From an uncultured Ignavibacteria bacterium (GTDB taxonomy: Bacteria > Zixibacteria > MSB-5A5 > CAIYYT01), in assembly GCA_964552775.1 (NCBI GenBank), contig CAZKIH010000011.1, positions 15,206 through 79,205 of the forward strand: a stretch of DNA of 64,000 bases. The letters run 5' to 3'. A model generated the notes under the pieces. It searched no databases and was not told where the DNA came from. It saw only the letters and a list, made by a program, of their open reading frames with translations. The position numbers and the translations under genes are program-made. Shown in pieces: positions 47,552 to 57,861 of this stretch. Each line of letters starts with the position of its first letter. The stretch's first letter is position 1.

Positions 47552-49009
47552 CTAGTAGGATTTGAACGGAGTTCCAGTCAAGCTAAGGAACCACAGAATT
47601 ACAAGTCCCACGGAAAGAATCGACTGAATGCCAGCAACGGGCCTTACCCAACCTCTTGCTATTAAGTCAATTTCACGGCGGGTTAAGAGCCGAATCCAAC
47701 GACCAAAATTCACTTCTCGAAATCCTATATTAAATGCTGACATTGCCGAGAAAAACAGAGACCACCATATCATCCGAACAGGCATTGGCCAATTGCTGAA
47801 TGAATTGGGCCATACTGCCTTTAATTTGCCCTCCGTAGTCCTTAACGGGATTGCCGTAGGCACGGCATTTGTTCTGGGCCGCCTACTCGACCATTTCTGT
47901 CCATACCCGGATTCAATGAGATAGAGTCCCCCCGGTCCCTTTAGAAGTGTTGACACAAAGTATATACAACTTGCAAGAAACCAAAGTAAGCCAACGATAC
48001 GCCAAGGCCGCCAGAGATTGCTCCCCCACTCGCACGTGTAGTCAAATAGTAAGTACTCCCACCATGTTTGAGAACAACGCCTAATCGAACAAATGACTTT
48101 TCGCTCTGCTTTGGCCAGTCCCAATTCGTGGAACCGTCCTTGTAATGCTACCAGGCCATTCGGTCGCACCCGGTATCGCAAGCTATCTAGGCCACGCGCA
48201 AAGGCCATCGTCTCGACATTCGGCAGCGAATCGATCTCGAAAATGGCTCCTGATAATTCCACATCAAACAAGTCCGCTCGCGAAAGGTTTGCTCCCAAAA
48301 GGCTGGCTCCTCTCAAGCTGGTTGAGGGAAGAGGCACTTCAGTTTCAGTTTTGTTTCCTTTGGAGAATTGAGTAATCAAATACTGGCTGTGGGAGGCAGT
48401 GATTCCAGCTAAGTTCGAGCTATCAAGCTTGCACCCAGTGAAGTCGGTGCAATAAAGTTCAGCCTCTGAAAGGTTGGCTCCGGTCAAATCGGAGGTCCGA
48501 AATGATGTCTGCATCATACGAGAGGTAGACATCCTTGCGCCTCTGAGACTCGAGTTCTCAAACGCAAGGTACGATAGATCGACACCCGCCAACACAACAC
48601 TATCTAAGATGGCATTGTCGAAGACGAAGATTTTGGCGACCACACTATCTCTTGCGGACTTGAGTCCTCTATCTTGCTTTAAAAGTGAATCGAGTTCTGC
48701 TCTTGTACGTCGAAGAGAGTCAGGATCCTCACGAAATCGCCAACTCCATTCGGCACAATTGGCGATGGGTACCATTATGCACATTAGTGCAGTGACAAGA
48801 CAGAAGGCTCTTATATTGACACGATTCAGGATAGACTGACGCACAGTAGCACCGCTCAGCTCAAATGTAACATTTGTCGAGTTCCGCGTTGCGTCCTGAC
48901 TTTTTCGGGACTCCACTGTGAACACCGACCTACAACTCTCGACCATTTTGCCGGCGTTGGCAAAATGGTCAGCATTTTGTTTTGCATTCACCGCGGGGCG
49001 CATCGCCAT
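47552..49009 (-). CDS. Pentapeptide-repeat protein with C-terminal multi-TM domain
   Basis: Tandem A(D/N)LxxA pentapeptide repeats (ANLSEAELYCTDFTGCKLDSSNLAG...). Hydrophobic C-terminal ~150 aa. Confidence 0.65.
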   Translation of the reverse strand: MAMRPAVNAKQNADHFANAGKMVESCRSVFTVESRKSQDATRNSTNVTFELSGATVRQSILNRVNIRAFCLVTALMCIMVPIANCAEWSWRFREDPDSLRRTRAELDSLLKQDRGLKSARDSVVAKIFVFDNAILDSVVLAGVDLSYLAFENSSLRGARMSTSRMMQTSFRTSDLTGANLSEAELYCTDFTGCKLDSSNLAGITASHSQYLITQFSKGNKTETEVPLPSTSLRGASLLGANLSRADLFDVELSGAIFEIDSLPNVETMAFARGLDSLRYRVRPNGLVALQGRFHELGLAKAERKVICSIRRCSQTWWEYLLFDYTCEWGSNLWRPWRIVGLLWFLASCIYFVSTLLKGPGGLYLIESGYGQKWSSRRPRTNAVPTAIPLRTTEGKLKAVWPNSFSNWPMPVRMIWWSLFFSAMSAFNIGFREVNFGRWIRLLTRREIDLIARGWVRPVAGIQSILSVGLVILWFLSLTGTPFKSY

Positions 49010-49048
49010 GCGCCCCTACGCGAAGCTCAACGATTTGTCGGGTGACGG

Positions 49049-51523
49049 CTACACCTCTAACTCCGCCTGGTCTCCATTGTCGCCATTCCCGTTCTCATCA
49101 TCTTCAGCGATAATGCGCGCAACATCCGTGACACGGTCGCCCGGCTCGAGATTAATCAACTTGACGCCCTGCGTCGCGCGGCCAATCACTCGAATCGACT
49201 TGATGTCCTGGCGGATGACAATGCCCTTTTCGGTGATGATCATCAGCCCATCCTTGTCGACGACCTCTTTCACCGCAATCACGTTGCCGGTCTTGTCAGT
49301 CGTCTTCATGTTGATCACGCCCTTGCCGCCGCGGTTGGTGACACGGTACTCGGAAATTTCCGAGCGCTTGCCGAAACCGAATTCGGCGACGGTCAGAATC
49401 GAAGTGTCGCGCTTGACCACGACCATGCCGACAACGTAATCCTTTGTCTCGAGTTCAATCCCCTTGACACCGTACGCAGTGCGACCCATCGCGCGCACCT
49501 TGTTCTCCTCGAAGCGAATCGCCTGGCCCTCGTGGGTGGCGAGAATGATGTCGTTGTTGCCGTCGGAGATATCGACCTCGATCAGGATGTCATCATCCGG
49601 AATGTCGATCGCCTTGATACCGTCGCGCCGCGGATTCGAGAAGGCCGGCAGTTCCGTCTTCTTGATAATGCCGTTGCGCGTGGCCATGACGACGAACTTG
49701 CCCTCCTCAAAACTGCGTACCGGAACGAATGCACAGATTTTCTCGGCTTCGACCAACTCGACCATGTTGACCACCGGCTTGCCCTTGGCAAGTTTGCCGC
49801 CGACCGGAACCTCGTGAACCTTGATCCAATAGGCCTTGCCCTTGGTCGAGAAGAAGAGAATGTAGTCGTGCGTCGAGGCAATAAACAAGTGCTCGACGAA
49901 ATCCTCTTCCTTGACGTTGATCCCAATCGATCCGCGGCCGCCGCGATTCTGTTTGCGATAGGCCGAGGTCGACAGTCGCTTGATATAGCCCTGATGGCTG
50001 ATAGTGATGACCATGTCCTCTTCGGCGATCAAGTCTTCGATCGAGATTTCTTCCTCGGCATCGACGATTTCCGTGCGCCGTTCGTCGCCGTACTTCTCTT
50101 TCATCTCAACCAGTTCAGTTTTGATGATCTGCATGCGCATATCGTGACTCGCAAGCACCGACTTGAGGTACTCGATCTGCTGAATCAGGTCTCGGTATTC
50201 GTCCTCGATCTTCTGGCGTTCCAGACCGGTCAGGCGTTGCAAACGCATCTCGAGAATAGCCTGTGCCTGGATCTCCGAAAGCTTGAATCGCGACATGAGA
50301 TTTTCTTTGGCTTCCGGAACAGTCTTGGAAGCGCGAATCGTCGAGATAATCGCGTCTATATGGTCGAGCGCGATACGCAGGCCCTCAAGAATATGCGCGC
50401 GTTCCTCGGCTTTCTTAAGATCATACTTGGCGCGCCTGATAACCACTTCATGCCGATGCTTGAGGAACTCCTCGAGCATCGATCGCAGCGGCAACACCTT
50501 CGGAGCGCCGTCGACAAGCGAGATCATGATCACACCAAACGTCGACTGCATCTGCGTGTGCTTGAACAACTGGTTGAGCACGATCTGCGGTTGGATATCG
50601 CGTTTCAGTTCGATCACGATCCTCATGCCGTCGCGATCAGATTCATCGCGCAGGTCGGAAATGTCTTCGACGACTTTGTTGCGCACGAGATCGGCGATCT
50701 TTTCGATCAAATTCGACTTATTGACTTGATACGGGATCTCCGAAATGACAATCTGCTCTTTGCCGTTCTTGAGTTTTTCGACGTTGGCCTTGGCTCGAAC
50801 ATTGATGCGACCCCGTCCGGTGCGATACGCGTCGCGGATGCCATCGCGGCCGTAGATAATACCGCCGGTCGGAAAATCGGGACCGGAGACATACTTGAGA
50901 AGAAGCTCATTATCAATCGCTGGATTATCAATCACCGCCACCAACGCATCCACGATTTCACGCAGGTTGTGCGGCGGTATGTTCGTCGCCATGCCGACAG
51001 CGATACCCGAGGACCCATTGCAAAGCAAGTTCGGAAACTTGCCAGGCAGCACACGCGGTTCGCGCAAGGTTTCGTCGTAGTTGGGCATGAAATCGACGGT
51101 ATCTTTTTCGAGATCGGCCAGCATCTCCATCGCGATCGCCGTCAGACGCGCCTCGGTGTATCGCATGGCGGCGGCATCATCGCCGTCGACCGAGCCGAAG
51201 TTGCCCTGGCCGTCGACCAGCGGGTAGCGCATGTTGAAATCCTGCGCCATGCGCACCAGCGTCGGATAGACGACCTGTTCGCCGTGCGGGTGGTAGTTGC
51301 CCGAGGTGTCGCCGCAGATTTTGGCGCATTTACGATGCGGCCGGTCGGGGGCGAGATTGAGATCGTTCATGGCGATCAGGATGCGGCGGTTCGAGGGTTT
51401 GAGCCCGTCGCGCACATCGGGCAGCGCGCGCGAGGTGATGACGGACATGGAGTAGTCGAGATAGGAGGATTTCATCTCCTCCTCGAGGTAAACCGATATC
51501 AGATTTTCGCGATTGAGTACCAT
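49049..51523 (-). CDS. gyrA: DNA gyrase subunit A
   Basis: 824 aa; active-site region with the catalytic Tyr; C-terminal beta-pinwheel repeats. Confidence 0.97.
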   Translation of the reverse strand: MVLNRENLISVYLEEEMKSSYLDYSMSVITSRALPDVRDGLKPSNRRILIAMNDLNLAPDRPHRKCAKICGDTSGNYHPHGEQVVYPTLVRMAQDFNMRYPLVDGQGNFGSVDGDDAAAMRYTEARLTAIAMEMLADLEKDTVDFMPNYDETLREPRVLPGKFPNLLCNGSSGIAVGMATNIPPHNLREIVDALVAVIDNPAIDNELLLKYVSGPDFPTGGIIYGRDGIRDAYRTGRGRINVRAKANVEKLKNGKEQIVISEIPYQVNKSNLIEKIADLVRNKVVEDISDLRDESDRDGMRIVIELKRDIQPQIVLNQLFKHTQMQSTFGVIMISLVDGAPKVLPLRSMLEEFLKHRHEVVIRRAKYDLKKAEERAHILEGLRIALDHIDAIISTIRASKTVPEAKENLMSRFKLSEIQAQAILEMRLQRLTGLERQKIEDEYRDLIQQIEYLKSVLASHDMRMQIIKTELVEMKEKYGDERRTEIVDAEEEISIEDLIAEEDMVITISHQGYIKRLSTSAYRKQNRGGRGSIGINVKEEDFVEHLFIASTHDYILFFSTKGKAYWIKVHEVPVGGKLAKGKPVVNMVELVEAEKICAFVPVRSFEEGKFVVMATRNGIIKKTELPAFSNPRRDGIKAIDIPDDDILIEVDISDGNNDIILATHEGQAIRFEENKVRAMGRTAYGVKGIELETKDYVVGMVVVKRDTSILTVAEFGFGKRSEISEYRVTNRGGKGVINMKTTDKTGNVIAVKEVVDKDGLMIITEKGIVIRQDIKSIRVIGRATQGVKLINLEPGDRVTDVARIIAEDDENGNGDNGDQAELEV

Positions 51524-51689
51524 GGTTATGTCTCTATGTTAAGGTAAGGAGAATTTCATATTCATTTGATTCGTAGGTCGGGTTCGCAGCGCAGCGCCGA
51601 ACCCGACATCTGTTCGTGTGTTCTCGTTCAATTGACAAGTTTCACGTTCTGCCTGCCTTCGGCGGCTCCACTGGGAATCCGATCTATAA

Positions 51690-51756
51690 CTACTCTCCGT
51701 AATCGCCCTCGAAGATGGGAGGGAAAATTTGACCCCAATCGGGCCGATACAGTTGG
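51690..51756 (-). pseudogene. 3'-terminal fragment of a RAYT gene
   Basis: Encodes ...LYRPDWGQIFPPIFEGDYGE, matching the C-terminus (GLYRPDWGQIDPPKFEGDYGE) of the intact RAYT at 52119-52190. Confidence 0.6.
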
Positions 51757-52118
51757 TAGGTCGGGTTCGCAGCGCAGCGCCGAACCCGACATCTATTTCT
51801 CATTGAAAAGTCGTCTCTCAATTTCTGTATAGTGCTTGTTACCCTTGATTGTTGTTGGAGTGACAATCGAATGTGACATCTCGAAGCGGCAATTGTCAGA
51901 CGAAAAGATATGCCAATGTTCACTTTGTTCCGGGTCAACCAAAAGGTCTTCCAGTTGCTGCTTCAATTGTCTTGCCTCACTTACAGTCAAGTACAATTGC
52001 AGATTTCGGATGGATTGGCTTCTCTCAACATCCAACATTCTCATCGTGAATACTCCCTATTGTCGGGTTCCGTGCTTCGCTGGGAACCCGACCTACAATC
52101 TACCTCTGCGCGCTACAA

Positions 52119-52598
52119 TTACTCGCCGTAGTCGCCTTCAAATTTCGGCGGGTCAATTTGACCCCAATCGGGCCGATACAGTCCTTCGGCCACATACTTG
52201 CCAAACGACGAATGTTGCCACGCAATGGCGCTTGAAGACAACTTGTGTTTGACCGGATTGTAATGAATGTAATTCAAGTGGTTATTCATTTCGTCCTGAT
52301 CGCGGATGACGTGATCCCAGAAGCGATTGTGCCATACGCGACCATCGCGATAGTTCATACGAAATCTCGCGGCATACTTCACCTTGAATCGATGCATGAT
52401 ATTCGAGATGTTCTCATTGCCGCAGTTTAACATGACATGCAAATGATCAGGCGTCAAAACCCATGCATAGGGTATCACGGTGCTCCAGCATTCCCCAAAG
52501 AGATTGGGATTGTTGAGAAGCAATGGTTCGCGATCATAGGTCACGATTGTCAAGAAGTAATCGTGATTAGCAAGGTCGTATCGTCGCAAAGTCTTCAT
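52119..52598 (-). CDS. REP-associated tyrosine transposase (RAYT), second copy, distinct family
   Basis: HuH motif VLTPDHLHVML; NHLNYIHYNPVKH Tyr region. Confidence 0.85.
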   Translation of the reverse strand: MKTLRRYDLANHDYFLTIVTYDREPLLLNNPNLFGECWSTVIPYAWVLTPDHLHVMLNCGNENISNIMHRFKVKYAARFRMNYRDGRVWHNRFWDHVIRDQDEMNNHLNYIHYNPVKHKLSSSAIAWQHSSFGKYVAEGLYRPDWGQIDPPKFEGDYGE

Positions 52599-52672
52599 GG
52601 CTCAATCGTGTCGGGTTCTGCGCATTGCTGGGAACCCGACCTACGGGCTGATCAACCCGCAACCCCCACGTC

Positions 52673-54625
<1,953 letters not shown>

Positions 54626-54630
54626 TTATC

Positions 54631-54921
54631 TCAAGTAAAATAGATATCCGTAACGATCGTATCGCCAAGCCGCGTGTTCAGCTTGTCAATCATCTCAGCC
54701 TTGGTGTAATTGAGTTCCTGCCGCCACGCCGATGATGCCACACGCACCGTAAGTACGCCGCGCTCAATTTGAATGGCCTGCGCCTTCGCAGCGATTTTCT
54801 CACCAACCACCTCGGCAAAAACATGAACCGCTTCAAACTCGCGAATTCTGCGGTCCAAACCGAGATTCGTAAAGGTCCGTTTTAGAACTTTGCCAATGGA
54901 TTCCGCACGTCGCAACATCAA
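54631..54921 (-). CDS. DUF721-family protein (DciA-like, candidate helicase-loading factor) between recF and gyrB
   Basis: 96 aa. Position equivalent to Bacillus yaaB/remB. Confidence 0.55.
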   Translation of the reverse strand: MMLRRAESIGKVLKRTFTNLGLDRRIREFEAVHVFAEVVGEKIAAKAQAIQIERGVLTVRVASSAWRQELNYTKAEMIDKLNTRLGDTIVTDIYFT

Positions 54922-55069
54922 TTCCCACCGCTAAATAAGCTATTAATATACGATTTTATGCCCTCGACAGGCAAGATAAAACTCCCCGCAGGCGGGCTTT
55001 TTCGCCGTCACAATCGATTGTCAGGCAATGAGTTAAAAAGTAGCTACATTTTGTCGATTTTTGGTAATC

Positions 55070-56182
55070 CTAACTTTCAATTTTCAACAACCGTCCATTG
55101 ACAACAGCAATTTCAGCCTGTATTGATGCGGTCTCCCGCAATTCTGCTGGATTGGCTGTTGTGAGGAAAACCTGCCCCAATTGCGGAAGCGACTTCATCA
55201 GCGCTGCTAACCGGTTTGGGTCAAGATCGCTCGCAATTTCGTCCAATAGCAGCAACGGCGCATCGTGTAATCGCTCCGTCAAGTAGTCGTAGATCGCGAA
55301 TTTGATTGCCAGAGCCGCCGACTTGGCCTCGCCCTGCGATGCATAGCCCCGCATTGGCTCCGAATTCAGGTTGATACTGACATCGTCGCGGTGCGGTCCG
55401 GTTGAGGTTGAACCCATATAGAGATCGCGCTTGCGCGAGGATGTCAACTTCAACAGGAAATTTTGCGGCGCCGATGGATCAACAGTAATCGATGACTCGT
55501 ACCGCCACGACAACACGCTGTTGCCCGACTCGATCGTGCGATAATAACCGGCCAGCCGGTCCGTGGCGGCGCTGATCATCGCCATCCGTTTGCCGTTCAC
55601 CCGGGCTCCGACCGCGGCGAGCTGACCGTCCCAAACATCAAGCATCTCAAAGTCCGTTGGAGAATCCTCGCCGATCTCAAATTCTTTCAACAGAGAATTA
55701 CGCTGAGCGAGAATTCGATTGTATTCGAGCAGGTCATTGAGATAAGTCCTGTCGGCCTGTGATAGATAGAGGTCGAGTAATCGCCTGCGCACCGCCGGTG
55801 CGCCATAAATCAGTTCCGTATCCTCGGGAATATACGACACCGCGTGGAAATAATCGAAAAGATCGGCCACCCGGGTCAGCTTGATACCGTCAGCCTTGAT
55901 TTGCCTCTTTAGTCCGGCGCCCCAGGCTATTTCAATCGTCGTTTCACGACCATTGATCAGGCCGTCGACCTCGATTCGACACACATCCGCGGTCTTGCGC
56001 ATCAACACATCATCACTCGCCGTGCGAAATGACCGCGCCGTGCAAGCAAAGAATATCGCCTCAATAATCGAGGTCTTGCCTGAACCGTTTGGCCCGCCAA
56101 TCAAGTTGACTGATGGCTGCGGCGAAAACCCCAATTCAGAGACATTTCGAAAATTGACCAACTTGACACGCGTGAGATGCAT
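55070..56182 (-). CDS. recF: DNA replication and repair protein RecF
   Basis: Walker A GPNGSGKTS; SMC-like signature; Walker B LLLLDE. Confidence 0.95.
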   Translation of the reverse strand: MHLTRVKLVNFRNVSELGFSPQPSVNLIGGPNGSGKTSIIEAIFFACTARSFRTASDDVLMRKTADVCRIEVDGLINGRETTIEIAWGAGLKRQIKADGIKLTRVADLFDYFHAVSYIPEDTELIYGAPAVRRRLLDLYLSQADRTYLNDLLEYNRILAQRNSLLKEFEIGEDSPTDFEMLDVWDGQLAAVGARVNGKRMAMISAATDRLAGYYRTIESGNSVLSWRYESSITVDPSAPQNFLLKLTSSRKRDLYMGSTSTGPHRDDVSINLNSEPMRGYASQGEAKSAALAIKFAIYDYLTERLHDAPLLLLDEIASDLDPNRLAALMKSLPQLGQVFLTTANPAELRETASIQAEIAVVNGRLLKIES

Positions 56183-56252
56183 GACAACATGTAAAGACAG
56201 GTGATCGTGTTTGGCAATCAGTTTTGGAAACGAGCGGATGTACGCCGGTGGT

Positions 56253-56837
56253 CTACGAGGAAAGAAGAGTCTCGGTCAATTGCGCCAACAGGTGCAACGC
56301 AAAGATGTGTTCTTCCTGAATACGCATGGTTGTGGTCGAAGGTACATTGAGCGCCAGATTGCACAAGTCCGGTTCGGACAAACCGGCCTCGCCAAACAAC
56401 CCAAGCGTTACCAGCTTGCGCGCATTGGCAGCTCGGAAAGCCTCGATGATATTCCGGGATCTTCCTGAAGTCGAAATGCCAATGAACACATCCCCGGCGG
56501 TCCCGTATGCCTCCACTTGTCGGCTGAAGACGTGTTCAAACCCGTAGTCGTTGGACGCAGCCGTGAGAATCGATGTATCGGTCGTCAGCGCGATTGCCGG
56601 CAGGGCCCGTCTATCGTTGTCAGAGGTCAATCGCACTACGAACTCGGCAGCAAAATGTTGGCAATCTGCAGCGGATCCGCCGTTTCCGGCAATAAGTACC
56701 TTCCTGCCGTGATTAAGTGCGGCTGCGAGCTCGTCAGATGCCGCCAACAGCCACTCTTCGCGCTTGAGGCTGAAAGCGTTCTTGAGCGATATCGCGTCGC
56801 TCACGGCTCCCGCGATAATCTGTTTACGACTGGTCAT
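56253..56837 (-). CDS. SIS-domain protein (GmhA phosphoheptose isomerase / DiaA-like)
   Basis: LIAGNGGSAADCQHFAAE motif. The longer ORF start at 56885 would overlap the upstream gene by 62 nt; the internal Met is preferred. Confidence 0.7.
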   Translation of the reverse strand: MTSRKQIIAGAVSDAISLKNAFSLKREEWLLAASDELAAALNHGRKVLIAGNGGSAADCQHFAAEFVVRLTSDNDRRALPAIALTTDTSILTAASNDYGFEHVFSRQVEAYGTAGDVFIGISTSGRSRNIIEAFRAANARKLVTLGLFGEAGLSEPDLCNLALNVPSTTTMRIQEEHIFALHLLAQLTETLLSS

Positions 56838-57549
56838 TCGGCTTGTCTGCAAATTCCTTGGAATGCTGGTGAATCGCTTCTGCAAACTCTACGAATAGGG
56901 AAAGTGGATTGCTCTCTTCGAAGCGATTACCCACGACGACGAAACTCGCACCAGCAGCAACTTTTCGTGAGGCGTCTTCGGGGTGGCGGATCCCTCCTCC
57001 GCAGATGATCGGAAGTGACGCGTAGTCCCGGGTCGCCCTGATCATTTCTTCCGGTACCGAGTGAATCGCCCCCGAACCTGCTTCCAGATAGACCAGCTTC
57101 ATCCCCATATACTTTGCTGCCAACGCGTGAACCTTTGCAATGTCAGGCTTGTTGCGCGGAATCGGATGCGTATGCGACAAATACTCTACTGAAGTCCGAG
57201 TTCCCGATTCGATCAAGAGATAAGCCGTCGGAATCGCCTCCAGACAAAACTCCTTAACTAACGGAGCTCCTTTGACCTGCTCGCCTACGAGGAATTCTGG
57301 ATTACGGCCGGACAACAACGATGTGAATAGAATCGCATCGGCAAATCGACAGACCTGGCTTGCCCCTCCCGGGAAAATGATCAGCGGAATCGTCACCCGT
57401 TGCTTGATCTCCCGCAGCACCTCTTCCATCCGCGTCGTCAGTACCAGCGAGCCTCCCACGAGAAGTGCGTCCGCACCGCCTTGCTCGGCATATTGGGCGT
57501 TATCGATCAACCTCGATTTCGGATGCTCATTGGGATCAATCAGCGTCAA
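56824..57549 (-). CDS. Geranylgeranylglyceryl phosphate synthase family (GGGPS/PcrB TIM-barrel prenyltransferase)
   Basis: TLIDP...GGADALLVGGS...GGGIR motifs. TTG start at 57549; the frame is open upstream to another TTG at 57648. Confidence 0.7.
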   Translation of the reverse strand: MTLIDPNEHPKSRLIDNAQYAEQGGADALLVGGSLVLTTRMEEVLREIKQRVTIPLIIFPGGASQVCRFADAILFTSLLSGRNPEFLVGEQVKGAPLVKEFCLEAIPTAYLLIESGTRTSVEYLSHTHPIPRNKPDIAKVHALAAKYMGMKLVYLEAGSGAIHSVPEEMIRATRDYASLPIICGGGIRHPEDASRKVAAGASFVVVGNRFEESNPLSLFVEFAEAIHQHSKEFADKPNDQS

Positions 57550-57706
57550 AAATCCGGCGCCTCGGGTTCGTGCGATATCGCTAAGATGGTCAAATGTCTT
57601 TGTCAGTTGTTCCTCGCAAATTGCATCCTGGTCATCTCTCTCTCAATCAGCTCGTCTCCACTCAGCGTGTGGCGAGATTCAGTCGGAGCTCGATTTGCAA
57701 ACTAAG

Positions 57707-57752
57707 TCATTCCGGCGAAAGCCGGAATCCAGCTTCGTTTCCAACATGCAAA
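57707..57752. repeat. 46-nt hairpin repeat GTCATTCCGGCGAAAGCCGGAATCCAGCTTCGTTTCCAACAT (copy 1), followed by a REP-B-like element at 57823-57856
   Basis: Near-identical second copy at 60583-60628. Contains the palindrome TTCCGGCGAAAGCCGGAA. Confidence 0.7.
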
Positions 57753-57861
57753 TCTCGTCGATTCACAGTTGGATGGTCCATTAACACGCCCTCAGCAGGC
57801 GGATTTTATGGGCGCAGTCAATAGCTCGGGAACGCAGCGCAGCGACGAACCCGACACTTTG

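Larger units (their letters stand above)
51574..52644. mobile_element. RAYT/REP-B unit inserted between gyrB and gyrA
   Basis: REP-B copies GTAGGTCGGGTTCGCAGCGCAGCGCCGAACCCGACATCT at 51574-51612 and 51757-51795. Opposite-orientation copies at 52062-52096 and 52610-52644. RAYT 3' remnant at 51690-51756. Confidence 0.8.

Noticed and set aside
49532-51547. 671-aa plus-strand ORF
   Set aside because: Lies entirely antisense to gyrA. Its translation is low-complexity and Arg/Val/Asp-rich, with no recognisable motifs. It is a typical antisense artefact of a long GC-biased gene.
57272-57784. 170-aa plus ORF; also the 60474-60683 ORF sharing the peptide ESSFVSN
   Set aside because: The shared peptide comes from translating the 46-nt intergenic hairpin repeat. 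The remainder overlaps GGGPS/alaS antisense. Not coding.
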